Shown here: positions 1-9,061 of the stretch, in pieces
Layout: every line of letters begins with the position of its first letter
How positions within the stretch are numbered: the stretch's first letter is position 1
DNA from: a virus
Length of the DNA stretch: 64,000 nucleotides
Reading direction: 5' to 3' (one strand)
IMG/VR virus record: IMGVR_UViG_3300017989_005288
Made by a program: the position numbers and the translations under genes
Notes under the pieces: model-generated
Told to the model about the DNA's origin: nothing
The model's database searches: none
The model's input: the letters and a program-made list of their open reading frames with translations, nothing else

Positions 1-80
1 AACTCATCACTATTTCCTCGAAAACCAATGACAAACGAACTGGATGAACTGTTGCTTACAAATCCCACTCTGACCTTCAT
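1..80 (-). CDS. FVSNSSS-motif family protein (truncated at window edge)
   Basis: Hand translation from ATG at 80 gives MKVRVGFVSNSSSSSFVIGFRGNSDE; ATGA overlap with the HD gene stop. Confidence 0.85.
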   Translation of the reverse strand, partial: MKVRVGFVSNSSSSSFVIGFRGNSDE

Positions 81-589
81 AACGTCTCCTCCTGTTGTGC
101 GATTACCTTCAAAAGCTCTTGATGCAACTTTTTGTCGGCACCCTTCAAAGCCTCAGCAAGCAACTTGGACTCTTCCAAATAGAGTCGCTTGAAATCACTC
201 GGAGCACCGTTCATGTCTCGCAAGTTATCGATTCTGTCAAGCAGTTTGATAATTTTGGCTTCCTTTGATGCCTCTGCCAAATGCTTTCTATCCATTTCCT
301 TTCGCTCGGCTCTTGATTTCTTAGAGCCTTTACTGGGGTTGGTCACCTCTTGAACCAAATCAGCAATATTATTCCCGAAACGAATTTGTAGCTCTCTGAG
401 GGTGTGTGTTGAGTCTTCCAATACGTCATGAAGCATTCCGGCAGCAACTATTTCGTAACCGAATTTGAGTGCCCTTAGTCGATTTGCAACACGGAGTGGA
501 TGTGAAATGTAAGCTTCTCCATTGTACTTACGTGTCTGACCTTTATGTGCTGCGCGTGCGAATTTTTCGGCTTCTTTCAGGAGCTTCAC
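77..589 (-). CDS. HD-domain hydrolase, Mesh1/SpoT (ppGpp hydrolase)-like
   Basis: A.xAHxGQxRK, YIxHP, LHDVLED and DRIDNLRD motifs typical of small alarmone hydrolases. Confidence 0.85.
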   Translation of the reverse strand: MKLLKEAEKFARAAHKGQTRKYNGEAYISHPLRVANRLRALKFGYEIVAAGMLHDVLEDSTHTLRELQIRFGNNIADLVQEVTNPSKGSKKSRAERKEMDRKHLAEASKEAKIIKLLDRIDNLRDMNGAPSDFKRLYLEESKLLAEALKGADKKLHQELLKVIAQQEETL

Positions 590-629
590 TTTTTCTCTCC
601 GAAAGCTGTAGTTGTTTATTTAACAGCTT

Positions 630-929
630 TCAATCATCAAAGTCATCCGCACAATGATCAGAATAATTATAGGCTTCTGGAGGAACACAAATTGCTTTCA
701 AAAAACTCAACATGTCAAAATTGTCCATTGACGTATGACCCTCTATGCATATTTCATCTTCCTCAATTGGCCACCATTCTCCATCAAAATCTCCTTCCCA
801 ACGCAAAAATTCTTTTGCATAATACAAATGGTCTCTAATTGCGTCCAGCTGCCAATTGCTTATCTTTCCTTTCTCAACAACAAAGGAAGCCGAACTTGAA
901 TTAGAAACAAAACCTGATCGTAGTTTCAT
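630..929 (-). CDS. FVSNSSS-motif family protein
   Basis: N-terminus MKLRSGFVSNSSSASFVV. Confidence 0.85.
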   Translation of the reverse strand: MKLRSGFVSNSSSASFVVEKGKISNWQLDAIRDHLYYAKEFLRWEGDFDGEWWPIEEDEICIEGHTSMDNFDMLSFLKAICVPPEAYNYSDHCADDFDD

Positions 930-1198
930 TCGTCTTCGTAAAACGTATAGGCACGTTTTGGCAACCCAATCATCTGAAAAAATTGGAGCATCTCATCATT
1001 ATCCATCATCGTAAGGCCAATAATTTCCTTTTCTCTCACTATGATATCCCAATAATCACCAAAATCTATACGCAAAAATTCCTTTGAATACTTTTGATAA
1101 TTCTTGATTGCATCTTCTTGCCATAGCGAAAGAAATCTTCTCTTCACAACAAAAGAACCAGAACTTGAATTCGAAACAAACCCAAACCTAATCTTCAT
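926..1198 (-). CDS. FVSNSSS-motif family protein
   Basis: Start reassigned to ATG 1198 (MKIRFGFVSNSSSGSFVV); full-length similarity to 630..929. Confidence 0.85.
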   Translation of the reverse strand: MKIRFGFVSNSSSGSFVVKRRFLSLWQEDAIKNYQKYSKEFLRIDFGDYWDIIVREKEIIGLTMMDNDEMLQFFQMIGLPKRAYTFYEDE

Positions 1199-1631
1199 CG
1201 GTATAATCCAACAGCGACTCTCCGGTATCAATATCACAATATGACCCAAAACGTTCTATTTGCTCTTGCGTTGCTTCGACCCTTTCTTTGCAATCGTAAG
1301 AGCAATTCTTATTGCGTTCCAAACACCCACATGGAGTATCCCATCTATTTTTCCATTGATCTTGAGAGTAACGCATCCATCTCGCACACTTCTTTCGGAG
1401 CGCATCTTCCAATTCCTCTGCAACATAATGCACATGAAACTTCTTTGCAAATGCTTGAAACATCTCCTCGTCAACTTCCAATTCCTTACACCGGTCTTTT
1501 GTACGCGCAAGTATTTCATCATAGATTTGCATAATGCTATCAGGAGCATTTAGCTTCTTCAAACGAGTCCACCTAATCTCGCGTAGAAAACGTTTTCGAC
1601 AAACCTCAAGTTGCTCTGCTGTCAATTTCAA
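1188..1631 (-). CDS. hypothetical protein (Cys-containing C-terminus)
   Basis: ORF coupled to both neighbours. Confidence 0.7.
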   Translation of the reverse strand: MKLTAEQLEVCRKRFLREIRWTRLKKLNAPDSIMQIYDEILARTKDRCKELEVDEEMFQAFAKKFHVHYVAEELEDALRKKCARWMRYSQDQWKNRWDTPCGCLERNKNCSYDCKERVEATQEQIERFGSYCDIDTGESLLDYTDED

Positions 1632-2143
1632 TGGTGACTCACTTTCACATGAAACAAGTTATCAAATGTTCCCCCATGTTCCATTACACATCCAAAATCC
1701 CCGTCATCATCCCCATAAGTGAAACTGAAAAAATCCAATCCGGGATGCTCATGAAGCAGCTTGGCAGCAATGTCAGCCCCTCGTTTTGCAAGTTCAAGTT
1801 CATATTGATCCCAAGCTACACTATCAAGAGCAACACCTTCTTTCGAATCTCTCTTGAAATCGTCAAGATCAAATTCTCTTGGAAACCCGTCCCACACATC
1901 TGCATGCTCCAGCTCTTTTGCCATTTCACTTTCTGTCAATGGTTTAGTTTTCTGAAAATCATTCCAAACTTGTGCAGCAATAGCTTCCGTGCTTGCTTGC
2001 TTATCATAAATCTCTTGCACTTTTTGATTTCCAAACAGCATTTTTTGCATTTCCTTAACTGATCTTGGAAACTTGCCTCTTGAAAAGCCAACAATGAATG
2101 CACTGGATGAACTATTGCTAACAAATCCGAATCGAAGTTTCAT
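1628..2143 (-). CDS. FVSNSSS-motif family protein
   Basis: Start at ATG 2143 (TAATG overlap): MKLRFGFVSNSSSSAFIV. Confidence 0.85.
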   Translation of the reverse strand: MKLRFGFVSNSSSSAFIVGFSRGKFPRSVKEMQKMLFGNQKVQEIYDKQASTEAIAAQVWNDFQKTKPLTESEMAKELEHADVWDGFPREFDLDDFKRDSKEGVALDSVAWDQYELELAKRGADIAAKLLHEHPGLDFFSFTYGDDDGDFGCVMEHGGTFDNLFHVKVSHH

Positions 2144-2553
2144 TAGCTCAATCCCCACTCAAAAAGTTCGCTCACTCTACCAGACTCTTTCACAACTTTC
2201 CGAACCGTCTCTTGCCATAAATTCATTGCATCATAGGCATTCATCTGCTCACTATATTCACCGTCAGGCCGTGGTAGTTTACCTCCAGAAGGCTCTTCAC
2301 CGTCGTCAACATACTTACCATCCAAAGTGTGGTCAAACTCGTAAAAAGTATATGAATCTCCTCCCTGCGTATCCATATCACCCATATAGACAACTTGACG
2401 ACCAAGTAATACCGTTTCGCTCAACAGCTCTTTCATACAATCTTGAGCGTATTGCGGCAACTTCTTCATCACCTCGTCGTTGAGTTCCTTTACAACCACG
2501 GTGATAAAACAGGACGAACTGCTGTTTGAAACAAATCCCATACGCAATTTCAT
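2143..2553 (-). CDS. FVSNSSS-motif family protein
   Basis: MKLRMGFVSNSSSSCFIT. Confidence 0.85.
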   Translation of the reverse strand: MKLRMGFVSNSSSSCFITVVVKELNDEVMKKLPQYAQDCMKELLSETVLLGRQVVYMGDMDTQGGDSYTFYEFDHTLDGKYVDDGEEPSGGKLPRPDGEYSEQMNAYDAMNLWQETVRKVVKESGRVSELFEWGLS

Positions 2554-2563
2554 TGCATGCTCC

Positions 2564-2902
2564 TTACCAATCTGTTTCGTGAGTTAACACATCACCAGAT
2601 TTCGCAAAATCGTCAAACTTTTTACAAAAGACATCCCATGCATCCCAAGGCCCTTCTATTTCATCTGGAGGCTCACAATCAACTTCAATACCCTCCCAAA
2701 CATCTGAACCCGCATCATGCCATACGGAAACCGTAACAACATCTTTACCCAAAAACTTCTTTTGTACAAACCCCAACTCCTTGACAACTGCTGTCACGTA
2801 AGGATGAACAGCTCCCATTACTTTGTCAAAAACTTCTTTTGTCGTAATCACAACAAAGCTGGATGAACTGGAATTGCTCACAAACCCATTTCTGATTTTC
2901 AT
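2564..2902 (-). CDS. FVSNSSS-motif family protein
   Basis: MKIRNGFVSNSSSSSFVV. Confidence 0.85.
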   Translation of the reverse strand: MKIRNGFVSNSSSSSFVVITTKEVFDKVMGAVHPYVTAVVKELGFVQKKFLGKDVVTVSVWHDAGSDVWEGIEVDCEPPDEIEGPWDAWDVFCKKFDDFAKSGDVLTHETDW

Positions 2903-2914
2903 AGTATGACCCTC

Positions 2915-3226
2915 TCAAAATACTGTTACATGCTTCCCAAACACTTTGTCCGCAAAATTCCTGTTGCTCCACCACACACTCCAATTGTCAACGTCTTCCA
3001 AGCTCTTTTCCGACCCAAGATAGGCAGGGCCGTTTTTGTAGTTCCAGACACAAAGCGTCGCACCCGATTCTTTGTCCTGCACACACCACGACGCATCCAC
3101 TTTCGTTTTGTCGTCTTTGACATTTGGCTCACCAAGCAACTCAACAATGTCGCTGTAGTGCAATCCGTTAACTGAACCCATTCTGTGACTGCCCATTGAT
3201 TCTGTTTGTTCAATAAATTTAAGCAT
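2915..3226 (-). CDS. hypothetical protein
   Basis: Start reassigned to ATG 3226, preceded by GGAGG. Confidence 0.7.
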   Translation of the reverse strand: MLKFIEQTESMGSHRMGSVNGLHYSDIVELLGEPNVKDDKTKVDASWCVQDKESGATLCVWNYKNGPAYLGSEKSLEDVDNWSVWWSNRNFADKVFGKHVTVF

Positions 3227-3560
3227 TTTCGTCCTCCTCGAAGGCTTCTTTGATTTCTTCCCAAGAGTAGTAATGGTCATTGATATAGATTCCGGTTTGG
3301 TTCTCCTCAACATAATCGAGCAATGCCCCAACTCGCTCTGTTACGTTGTTTCTGGCCATCCTGATCACGCTAATAGCAAACCGTTTTGGGTCAGCATCCA
3401 AATGTTTTGCCAATTCCTCTTTCGGTCCAAAAACACAATAGTCTCCATCATAATCATCAAATATTCTAAACCCGTAATTCTTCTTATCCTTCTCGTCAGC
3501 AACAAGATTGTTGTCCAAATCAATGAATCGACAAAACTGAATAACAAGCCTGTTGCTCAT
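3219..3560 (-). CDS. hypothetical protein
   Basis: Coupled ORF. Confidence 0.7.
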   Translation of the reverse strand: MSNRLVIQFCRFIDLDNNLVADEKDKKNYGFRIFDDYDGDYCVFGPKEELAKHLDADPKRFAISVIRMARNNVTERVGALLDYVEENQTGIYINDHYYSWEEIKEAFEEDENA

Positions 3561-3856
3561 GATTCATCCCTGACCACAAAGGCTTCACTGTATATACCTA
3601 ACCACTTGAAAAAATTCTCAGTGTCGCCATTATCACAATCAATTTGACCTGTAATCGTGGGAAAGTCATCTACCACGTCACTCCACTCATCATGAAAAAC
3701 GCCTGTTTCTTTCATCCACTTTGATTTGAAACCATGCTCTTTTGCATATTCTGCATGATTCATTATGGCTCGTCTTTGACGTTCATTGATAAGCGGTATC
3801 CAAACAATAAAGGAAGCCGCACTGCTGTTAGAGACAAAACCTGTTCTTGTTTTCAT
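3557..3856 (-). CDS. FVSNSSS-motif family protein
   Basis: MKTRTGFVSNSSAASFIV; similar along its length to 630..929. Confidence 0.85.
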   Translation of the reverse strand: MKTRTGFVSNSSAASFIVWIPLINERQRRAIMNHAEYAKEHGFKSKWMKETGVFHDEWSDVVDDFPTITGQIDCDNGDTENFFKWLGIYSEAFVVRDES

Positions 3857-4128
3857 AACCCCTCTCTGTTTTTGCGTCTTGTTTCTGCTGCTTTCTGAGC
3901 AATCTTACTCATATAATCAGGACCACGCTCTTTACACATTGTTTCGTGTGCTTTGTCTGCCGCATTTTTCGCGTAATCCTTTCCGTACTTCTTCCGCATC
4001 GTCTTGTGCGCCTTCTTTGCAGCTTCTTTTGCATAGTCCTTTCCGTACTTCTTCTTCATTGTTTTGTGTGCTTTCTTTACAGCTTCAGAACGAATTTTTT
4101 TCAATTCATTTTCCTTTTTTGTTGCCAT
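3853..4128 (-). CDS. basic hydrophilic repeat protein, KGG/GsiB-like
   Basis: GGAGGG then ATG 4128; three 20-aa repeats KKAHKTMKKKYGKDYAKEAA. Confidence 0.7.
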   Translation of the reverse strand: MATKKENELKKIRSEAVKKAHKTMKKKYGKDYAKEAAKKAHKTMRKKYGKDYAKNAADKAHETMCKERGPDYMSKIAQKAAETRRKNREGL

Positions 4129-4834
4129 TGTTCCCTCCCTTTCGATTGTAAAAGAGGATCGTTCCCATTTTTGTAGCAGAATGGCTACCTTTCCCATCGT
4201 ATTGATAATAATGACTATGCATTTTCCAATTTCCAAACTGAAAAGCAAACTGTGCTTGCTCTGATTTTTCAACAGCTTTCAAGATAGCCGTTACCGGAAC
4301 ACTCCTCCCGTGCGCAGTCAAAACAAAATTCCCAACTATCAAAAGGTCTTCCCATCTTTTTTCCGTAGCCATTCGCAAAATACGAGGGAAATAATCAATA
4401 AACGTTTCTGGAAAATGAATACTGTCATAACAAATAACAGCTGGTTTGAAGTTTGGTCCACAGCTTAGCTCACTAAGAATTCTCAAAAAATCTCCACAAC
4501 GCCAATGAAAGCTACCATGTACACTTTTGTTGATTTCATGAATCTCCGAGTTCCCTTCGATTCCATAAAACTGACTTTGAAAGATAAACCCTTCTTTGAG
4601 CAACTGATCTGGTTCACATCCTTCACGAAGTTGCCCTGCTTTTTGTGCCTCTGGTTCATAACCACACTTTGCACAAAGTGTCACATACGACTGTTCCAAA
4701 GGGATATAAAAGCGGTTAAAAACCTGCCGATAAAAGTTAACAACCGTGTCTTGCCTCCATTGCCTTTTCTTTTGACAATGAGCGAAGTCACTTCGTGACT
4801 TTTCGAGTATCGTTCTAAGATGCCCGCGTTTCAT
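4106..4834 (-). CDS. hypothetical protein (possible degenerate Rossmann/methyltransferase-like fold)
   Basis: 242-aa ORF coupled to the helicase; the fold suggestion is weak. Confidence 0.55.
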   Translation of the reverse strand: MKRGHLRTILEKSRSDFAHCQKKRQWRQDTVVNFYRQVFNRFYIPLEQSYVTLCAKCGYEPEAQKAGQLREGCEPDQLLKEGFIFQSQFYGIEGNSEIHEINKSVHGSFHWRCGDFLRILSELSCGPNFKPAVICYDSIHFPETFIDYFPRILRMATEKRWEDLLIVGNFVLTAHGRSVPVTAILKAVEKSEQAQFAFQFGNWKMHSHYYQYDGKGSHSATKMGTILFYNRKGGNNGNKKGK

Positions 4835-7800
4835 GCTGGTCTTTCCTTACCAAAAAAGTCATACCAACTAATCCAACCCTCTAATTTTTGCGGCTCACAC
4901 TGCCAACCATATTGCTTTCTCTTTTTCTTGAACTCTGCAAAACTTTTAATTCCTTTACTTTGAACCTCTTTTTTCAACTCATCAAGTGTCAATTGTCTTG
5001 TCTTCTTCTTTCCAAGAAAGTCATACCAACTAACCCAACCTTTTTGTTTATCTGGATTAGAAGTCCAGCCATATTTCTTCCCTTTTTCACGATACTCTTT
5101 GGAGGTTTTAATTCCTTTACTTTGAACCTCTTTTTCCAACTCATCAAGTGTTAATTGTCTTGACTTCTTCTTCTTTCCAAGAAAGTCATACCAACTAACC
5201 CAACCTTTTAGTCCGCATAGATTAGAGGTCCAGCCATATTTCTTCCCTTTTTCACGATACTCTTTGGAGGTTTTAATTCCTTTACTTTGAACCTCTTTTT
5301 CCAATTCATCAAGTGTTAATTGTCTTGACTTCTTCTTTCCAAGAAAGTCATACCAACTAACCCAACCTTTTAGTCTACCTGGCATTGGAGTCCAGCCATA
5401 TTGCTTCCTTTTTTCGCGATACTTTTTGCCACTCCTAATTCCTTTGCTTTGAACCTCTTTTTTCAATTCATCAAGTGTCAATTGTCTTGTCTTCTTCTTT
5501 CCAAGAAAGTCATACCAACTAATCCAACCCTTCAAGTTGTGTGGCATTGAAGTCCAACCATATTGCTTCCTTTTTCTATGATACTCTTTGGAGGTTTTAA
5601 TTCCTTTACTTTGAACCTCTTTTTTCAATTCATCAAGTGTTAATTGTCTTAGTCTTGACTTCTTCTTTCCAAGAAAGTCATACCAACTAATCCAACCTTC
5701 TAATTTTTGCGGCATTGGTATCCAATTATGTTGCTCCCTTTTTCCATGATACTCTCTTTGACTTTTAATTCCTTTACTTTGAACCTCTTTTTTCAACTCA
5801 TCAAGTGTCAATTGTCTTAGTCTTGACTTCTTCTTTCCAAGAAAGTCATACCAACTAATCCAACCCTTCAAGTTGTGTGGCGCATATGTCCAACCATATT
5901 GCTTCCTTTTTCCATGATACTCTCTTTGACTTTTAATTCTTTTACTTTGAACCTCTTTTTTCAACTCATCAAGTGTTAATTGTCTTAGTCTTGACTTCTT
6001 CTTTCCAAGAAAGTCATACCAACTAATCCAACCCTTCAAGTTGTGTGGCGCATATGTCCAACCATATTGCTCCCTTTTTTCAAGATACTCTTTGCCACCC
6101 CTAATTCTTTTGCTTTGAACCTCTTTCTTCAATTCATCAAGTGTTAGTTTTCTTGACGTTAAAATCCAACATTTTTCTTTCAACTCTCTCCAAGTCTTAG
6201 TCCCAATCATAGGAGAAATATATCGTCTCAAGAAATCAGATGGGTCACATTTCTCTTCAAGCAAACCCAAATCAATTTCGCTCGTATCAACCCAATTCCT
6301 CGGCGGTAAAATGTGGTGCCCGAACATTACCTTCAAAGAAGCAATCATCTCCTCACAATGGTCTTTATCCTTCACACTTGCAACCAACTGTCTATTAGCT
6401 AATTTTTCAAACACTTTCCATTTCTTTTGTTTACTACCTTTATCAGGCATCTCCCTGATCAAATCATGCAAAATCTGAAGCTTCACATCGACAGAACTAC
6501 TTCCAAAATAATCAAACCATCGATCTCTGTCATTCTTCATACGCTTCACTTTACCCGTCTTTTTGCATCTGATTTTTACCAGTTTCGGTGGAAAGAAAAA
6601 CTCACTTATTGCCATTACAATAAGAATGCCCTTCAAATAGGAATTCAAACCTTCTCGTAATTTTCCCTTGTCCCAGTTTGAATACCCGACAACAGAAGGC
6701 AACAAATGATAAACAGCAGCATGGCTTTTCTTAGGATAATCACGAAGAGGACGACCCGCCATTTGAGCAACAAATGTGCATGACGAATGATTTCCAATAA
6801 TAATTTCCCGCGCCAATGGGACGTAATCAACACCTTCTACAAAACGTCGCAATGCAATAATAACATCTACATTGGGATTTTTTGACTTCCCACTCTTACG
6901 GATATAAATAGTCTTTTTTGCAATTGCGCGTTGGCTGCCTACAACAAGTTGATAGATTCGTCGCTTACGCCCTTTGATTTGCAACGTGTAGTATGGTTGC
7001 GTTTTCGACTCTTTTCCAATTTCAAACCGCTTGTCGGGATTCATCGCCCTAATCAACTTCTCAATCTCCTCGCGCTTCTTTTGAGAGCTTTCTCCACAAA
7101 CATCAGAGGACAAATAAACAACAGTCGGTTCAAACTTGTTTTTGAAAACACTTGTTATACCATCCAAACAATCATCTCTGTCGCAGATCAAAAAGTCATA
7201 GCTGAACGTTTTGAGCATTCGAACGCTTTTGCCTTTACTGTTTTTCTCAGTCATATAGTCAGCCATTGAAACAGTATGCGTAGTAAACTGTTCTTCATAC
7301 TCACGTTCAATTATACTATGATAATCACCTCGCATGTAAGTGCCAGTTGCCAACCCTACACGTTTTTTGTTATCCAAAAACCATTTCACCACTTTTCCAA
7401 GCTCGTTCGGTTCAGCTTCTCCGAATTCATACTCTGTCCATCTCAAGTGGTGTGTTTCATCAATCCAAAGTCCTACCTTACCAAAAAATCGTTGTTTCTG
7501 TCTTGATGTAAGCCGCTTGAAAAATTGTGCAAGAGTTTGGTGACTACAAATCTGAATCCTATCGCTTACGGAACTGCCTGCTCTTTCAAGAAACAAACGT
7601 AAATGATTGACAGTATTAAATCTGAAATTTGTTTCCGGTATGAAAAATATCTCTTTGCCATTCACCCTGACGTGGACCCTTTCATTGTAATTATCACCAA
7701 TAGCAATTTGAGGAACCGCCACAATTACCTTGTCAACAAGATTACGCGTTATATCGGAATGAGCGAGGAGAAGCATCAAAAGGGTTTTTCCGGAACCCAT

Positions 7801-7950
7801 CGGTGCTTTCATCAACCTCAAAGTAGCATCCAACAGTTTTTCAAACCCAGCTTGTTGATGCTGACGAAAATCATATGGCTTTGTCGGAACACAACAAAAA
7901 CTTCTATCAGCTTTTGTCCATCGGTTGTTGATAATTGTTACTTTTTTCAT
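4831..7950 (-). CDS. SF2 (DExH) helicase/ATPase with eight C-terminal integrase-repeat-like units
   Basis: Walker A APMGSGKT, motif II DETH, motif III ATGT, motif V EGVD, motif VI QMAGRPLR; C-terminal tandem repeats. Confidence 0.85.
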   Translation of the reverse strand: MKKVTIINNRWTKADRSFCCVPTKPYDFRQHQQAGFEKLLDATLRLMKAPMGSGKTLLMLLLAHSDITRNLVDKVIVAVPQIAIGDNYNERVHVRVNGKEIFFIPETNFRFNTVNHLRLFLERAGSSVSDRIQICSHQTLAQFFKRLTSRQKQRFFGKVGLWIDETHHLRWTEYEFGEAEPNELGKVVKWFLDNKKRVGLATGTYMRGDYHSIIEREYEEQFTTHTVSMADYMTEKNSKGKSVRMLKTFSYDFLICDRDDCLDGITSVFKNKFEPTVVYLSSDVCGESSQKKREEIEKLIRAMNPDKRFEIGKESKTQPYYTLQIKGRKRRIYQLVVGSQRAIAKKTIYIRKSGKSKNPNVDVIIALRRFVEGVDYVPLAREIIIGNHSSCTFVAQMAGRPLRDYPKKSHAAVYHLLPSVVGYSNWDKGKLREGLNSYLKGILIVMAISEFFFPPKLVKIRCKKTGKVKRMKNDRDRWFDYFGSSSVDVKLQILHDLIREMPDKGSKQKKWKVFEKLANRQLVASVKDKDHCEEMIASLKVMFGHHILPPRNWVDTSEIDLGLLEEKCDPSDFLRRYISPMIGTKTWRELKEKCWILTSRKLTLDELKKEVQSKRIRGGKEYLEKREQYGWTYAPHNLKGWISWYDFLGKKKSRLRQLTLDELKKEVQSKRIKSQREYHGKRKQYGWTYAPHNLKGWISWYDFLGKKKSRLRQLTLDELKKEVQSKGIKSQREYHGKREQHNWIPMPQKLEGWISWYDFLGKKKSRLRQLTLDELKKEVQSKGIKTSKEYHRKRKQYGWTSMPHNLKGWISWYDFLGKKKTRQLTLDELKKEVQSKGIRSGKKYREKRKQYGWTPMPGRLKGWVSWYDFLGKKKSRQLTLDELEKEVQSKGIKTSKEYREKGKKYGWTSNLCGLKGWVSWYDFLGKKKKSRQLTLDELEKEVQSKGIKTSKEYREKGKKYGWTSNPDKQKGWVSWYDFLGKKKTRQLTLDELKKEVQSKGIKSFAEFKKKRKQYGWQCEPQKLEGWISWYDFFGKERPA
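4840..6147 (-). repeat. eight in-frame coding tandem repeats of ~53-56 aa (~162-168 bp)
   Basis: Unit LTLDELKKEVQSKGIK..EY..KRKQYGW...P..LKGW(I/V)SWYDFLGKK counted 8 times; resembles the phage-integrase repeat unit (PF14882-like). Confidence 0.9.
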
Positions 7951-7951
7951 G

Positions 7952-9061
7952 CTACTCCCTGTCCAAATCGTAGGTCACACACTTACGACAACCATTCACT
8001 TGTGTCGCAAGCACTCTCTCACGAAACTTCTTAACTGCTGGACTATACCAAACATCCTCAAGAAAATCACCAGCATCAAGAACATTCACACACTCAACAT
8101 TTGACTCATCTTCCGAAAATGAACAATGCCAAAACTCACCTTTGACATTGATATACCCACTAAATAAGCTCGATTCACACGATTCACTCATCATGATAAG
8201 CAGCTTCTGGTGTTCCCAACTCAAATCCCCTCTCTTGACAGCATGTTCGAATTTCGGAGCTGAACACGAATCAAAACCAAACCGCAATTTGTTCTTGAAA
8301 CAGTAATCAACCAGCGAATGATATTGCTCGTTAGTCAACGAATGGAACCCATCCTTTGCCCTGCCTTTTGGCTTTACACCAAGAAAAACTACAGCATTAA
8401 GTTTTTCCAGACGTGAGTCAGTTTTCACATCTCGTAAAACCTCATAAACAAAATCAAGCGTTTCCTGACTCACCATCAAATGTATGTTGGTTTGCACTAC
8501 GCCTCGATCAGTGAACATTTTGACCGTATTGTAGCCTATGTCTTTGCCTGTGTTATACACACTAACCGCAAGACCACCAACCAACTTAGCAATTTGGTTC
8601 GCCAATTTCTCTGTGAGGTCAATACCGGTAAGTGTGAAATTCGGAATTATGCCATTAGCACGACATAGCTTTAACATCCGAATGAAATCTGGATTGGTTT
8701 GAACCCCTGTAATCCCAAATGCAATTTGAGTAAGCGTTTTGGGCATCTTATACAGGATCATGCAGAACTGTTCAAATGTCATGTTGGTTGGCGGAGTATT
8801 GGAATTCTGCTTGTAGCACCAGGGACAAGCATTAGGACATCCATTCACGGAAATTTCTAAGTCAAGAATTTCTGGTCCAATCGGACTGAACAACGGGTCT
8901 TCATCCCTGGTTCTTCCCCAGCGCATAAAGACGCCAGTGCTTTTCTCGAAAATGTACTTGTAGCTGTCCGACCAAACAGTTTTGACTTTGTCGTCTTCCT
9001 TTACGACAAACTCCTCGCCATTGACATGGTACTTTGCTTCAGTCGATTTTTTCTTAGCCAC
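7952..9061 (-). CDS. radical SAM protein with SPASM/twitch-like C-terminus
   Basis: CPNACPWC triad; C-terminal CES...GEFWHCSF...CRKC. Confidence 0.9.
   Translation of the reverse strand: MAKKKSTEAKYHVNGEEFVVKEDDKVKTVWSDSYKYIFEKSTGVFMRWGRTRDEDPLFSPIGPEILDLEISVNGCPNACPWCYKQNSNTPPTNMTFEQFCMILYKMPKTLTQIAFGITGVQTNPDFIRMLKLCRANGIIPNFTLTGIDLTEKLANQIAKLVGGLAVSVYNTGKDIGYNTVKMFTDRGVVQTNIHLMVSQETLDFVYEVLRDVKTDSRLEKLNAVVFLGVKPKGRAKDGFHSLTNEQYHSLVDYCFKNKLRFGFDSCSAPKFEHAVKRGDLSWEHQKLLIMMSESCESSLFSGYINVKGEFWHCSFSEDESNVECVNVLDAGDFLEDVWYSPAVKKFRERVLATQVNGCRKCVTYDLDRE

Noticed and set aside
4840-6147. Possible CRISPR array (regular repeats with variable intervals)
   Set aside because: Period is ~165 bp, the region is in frame within the helicase ORF, the 'spacers' are homologous to each other, and no cas genes are present.
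4840-6147. Diversity-generating retroelement TR/VR pairs (also considered for the 61500..61900 duplication)
   Set aside because: Differences are not confined to adenines and no reverse transcriptase is in the window.
7952-9061. Anaerobic sulfatase-maturating enzyme
   Set aside because: No sulfatase or C/SxPxR motif protein is nearby, and the Cys pattern is shorter than a full anSME SPASM domain.
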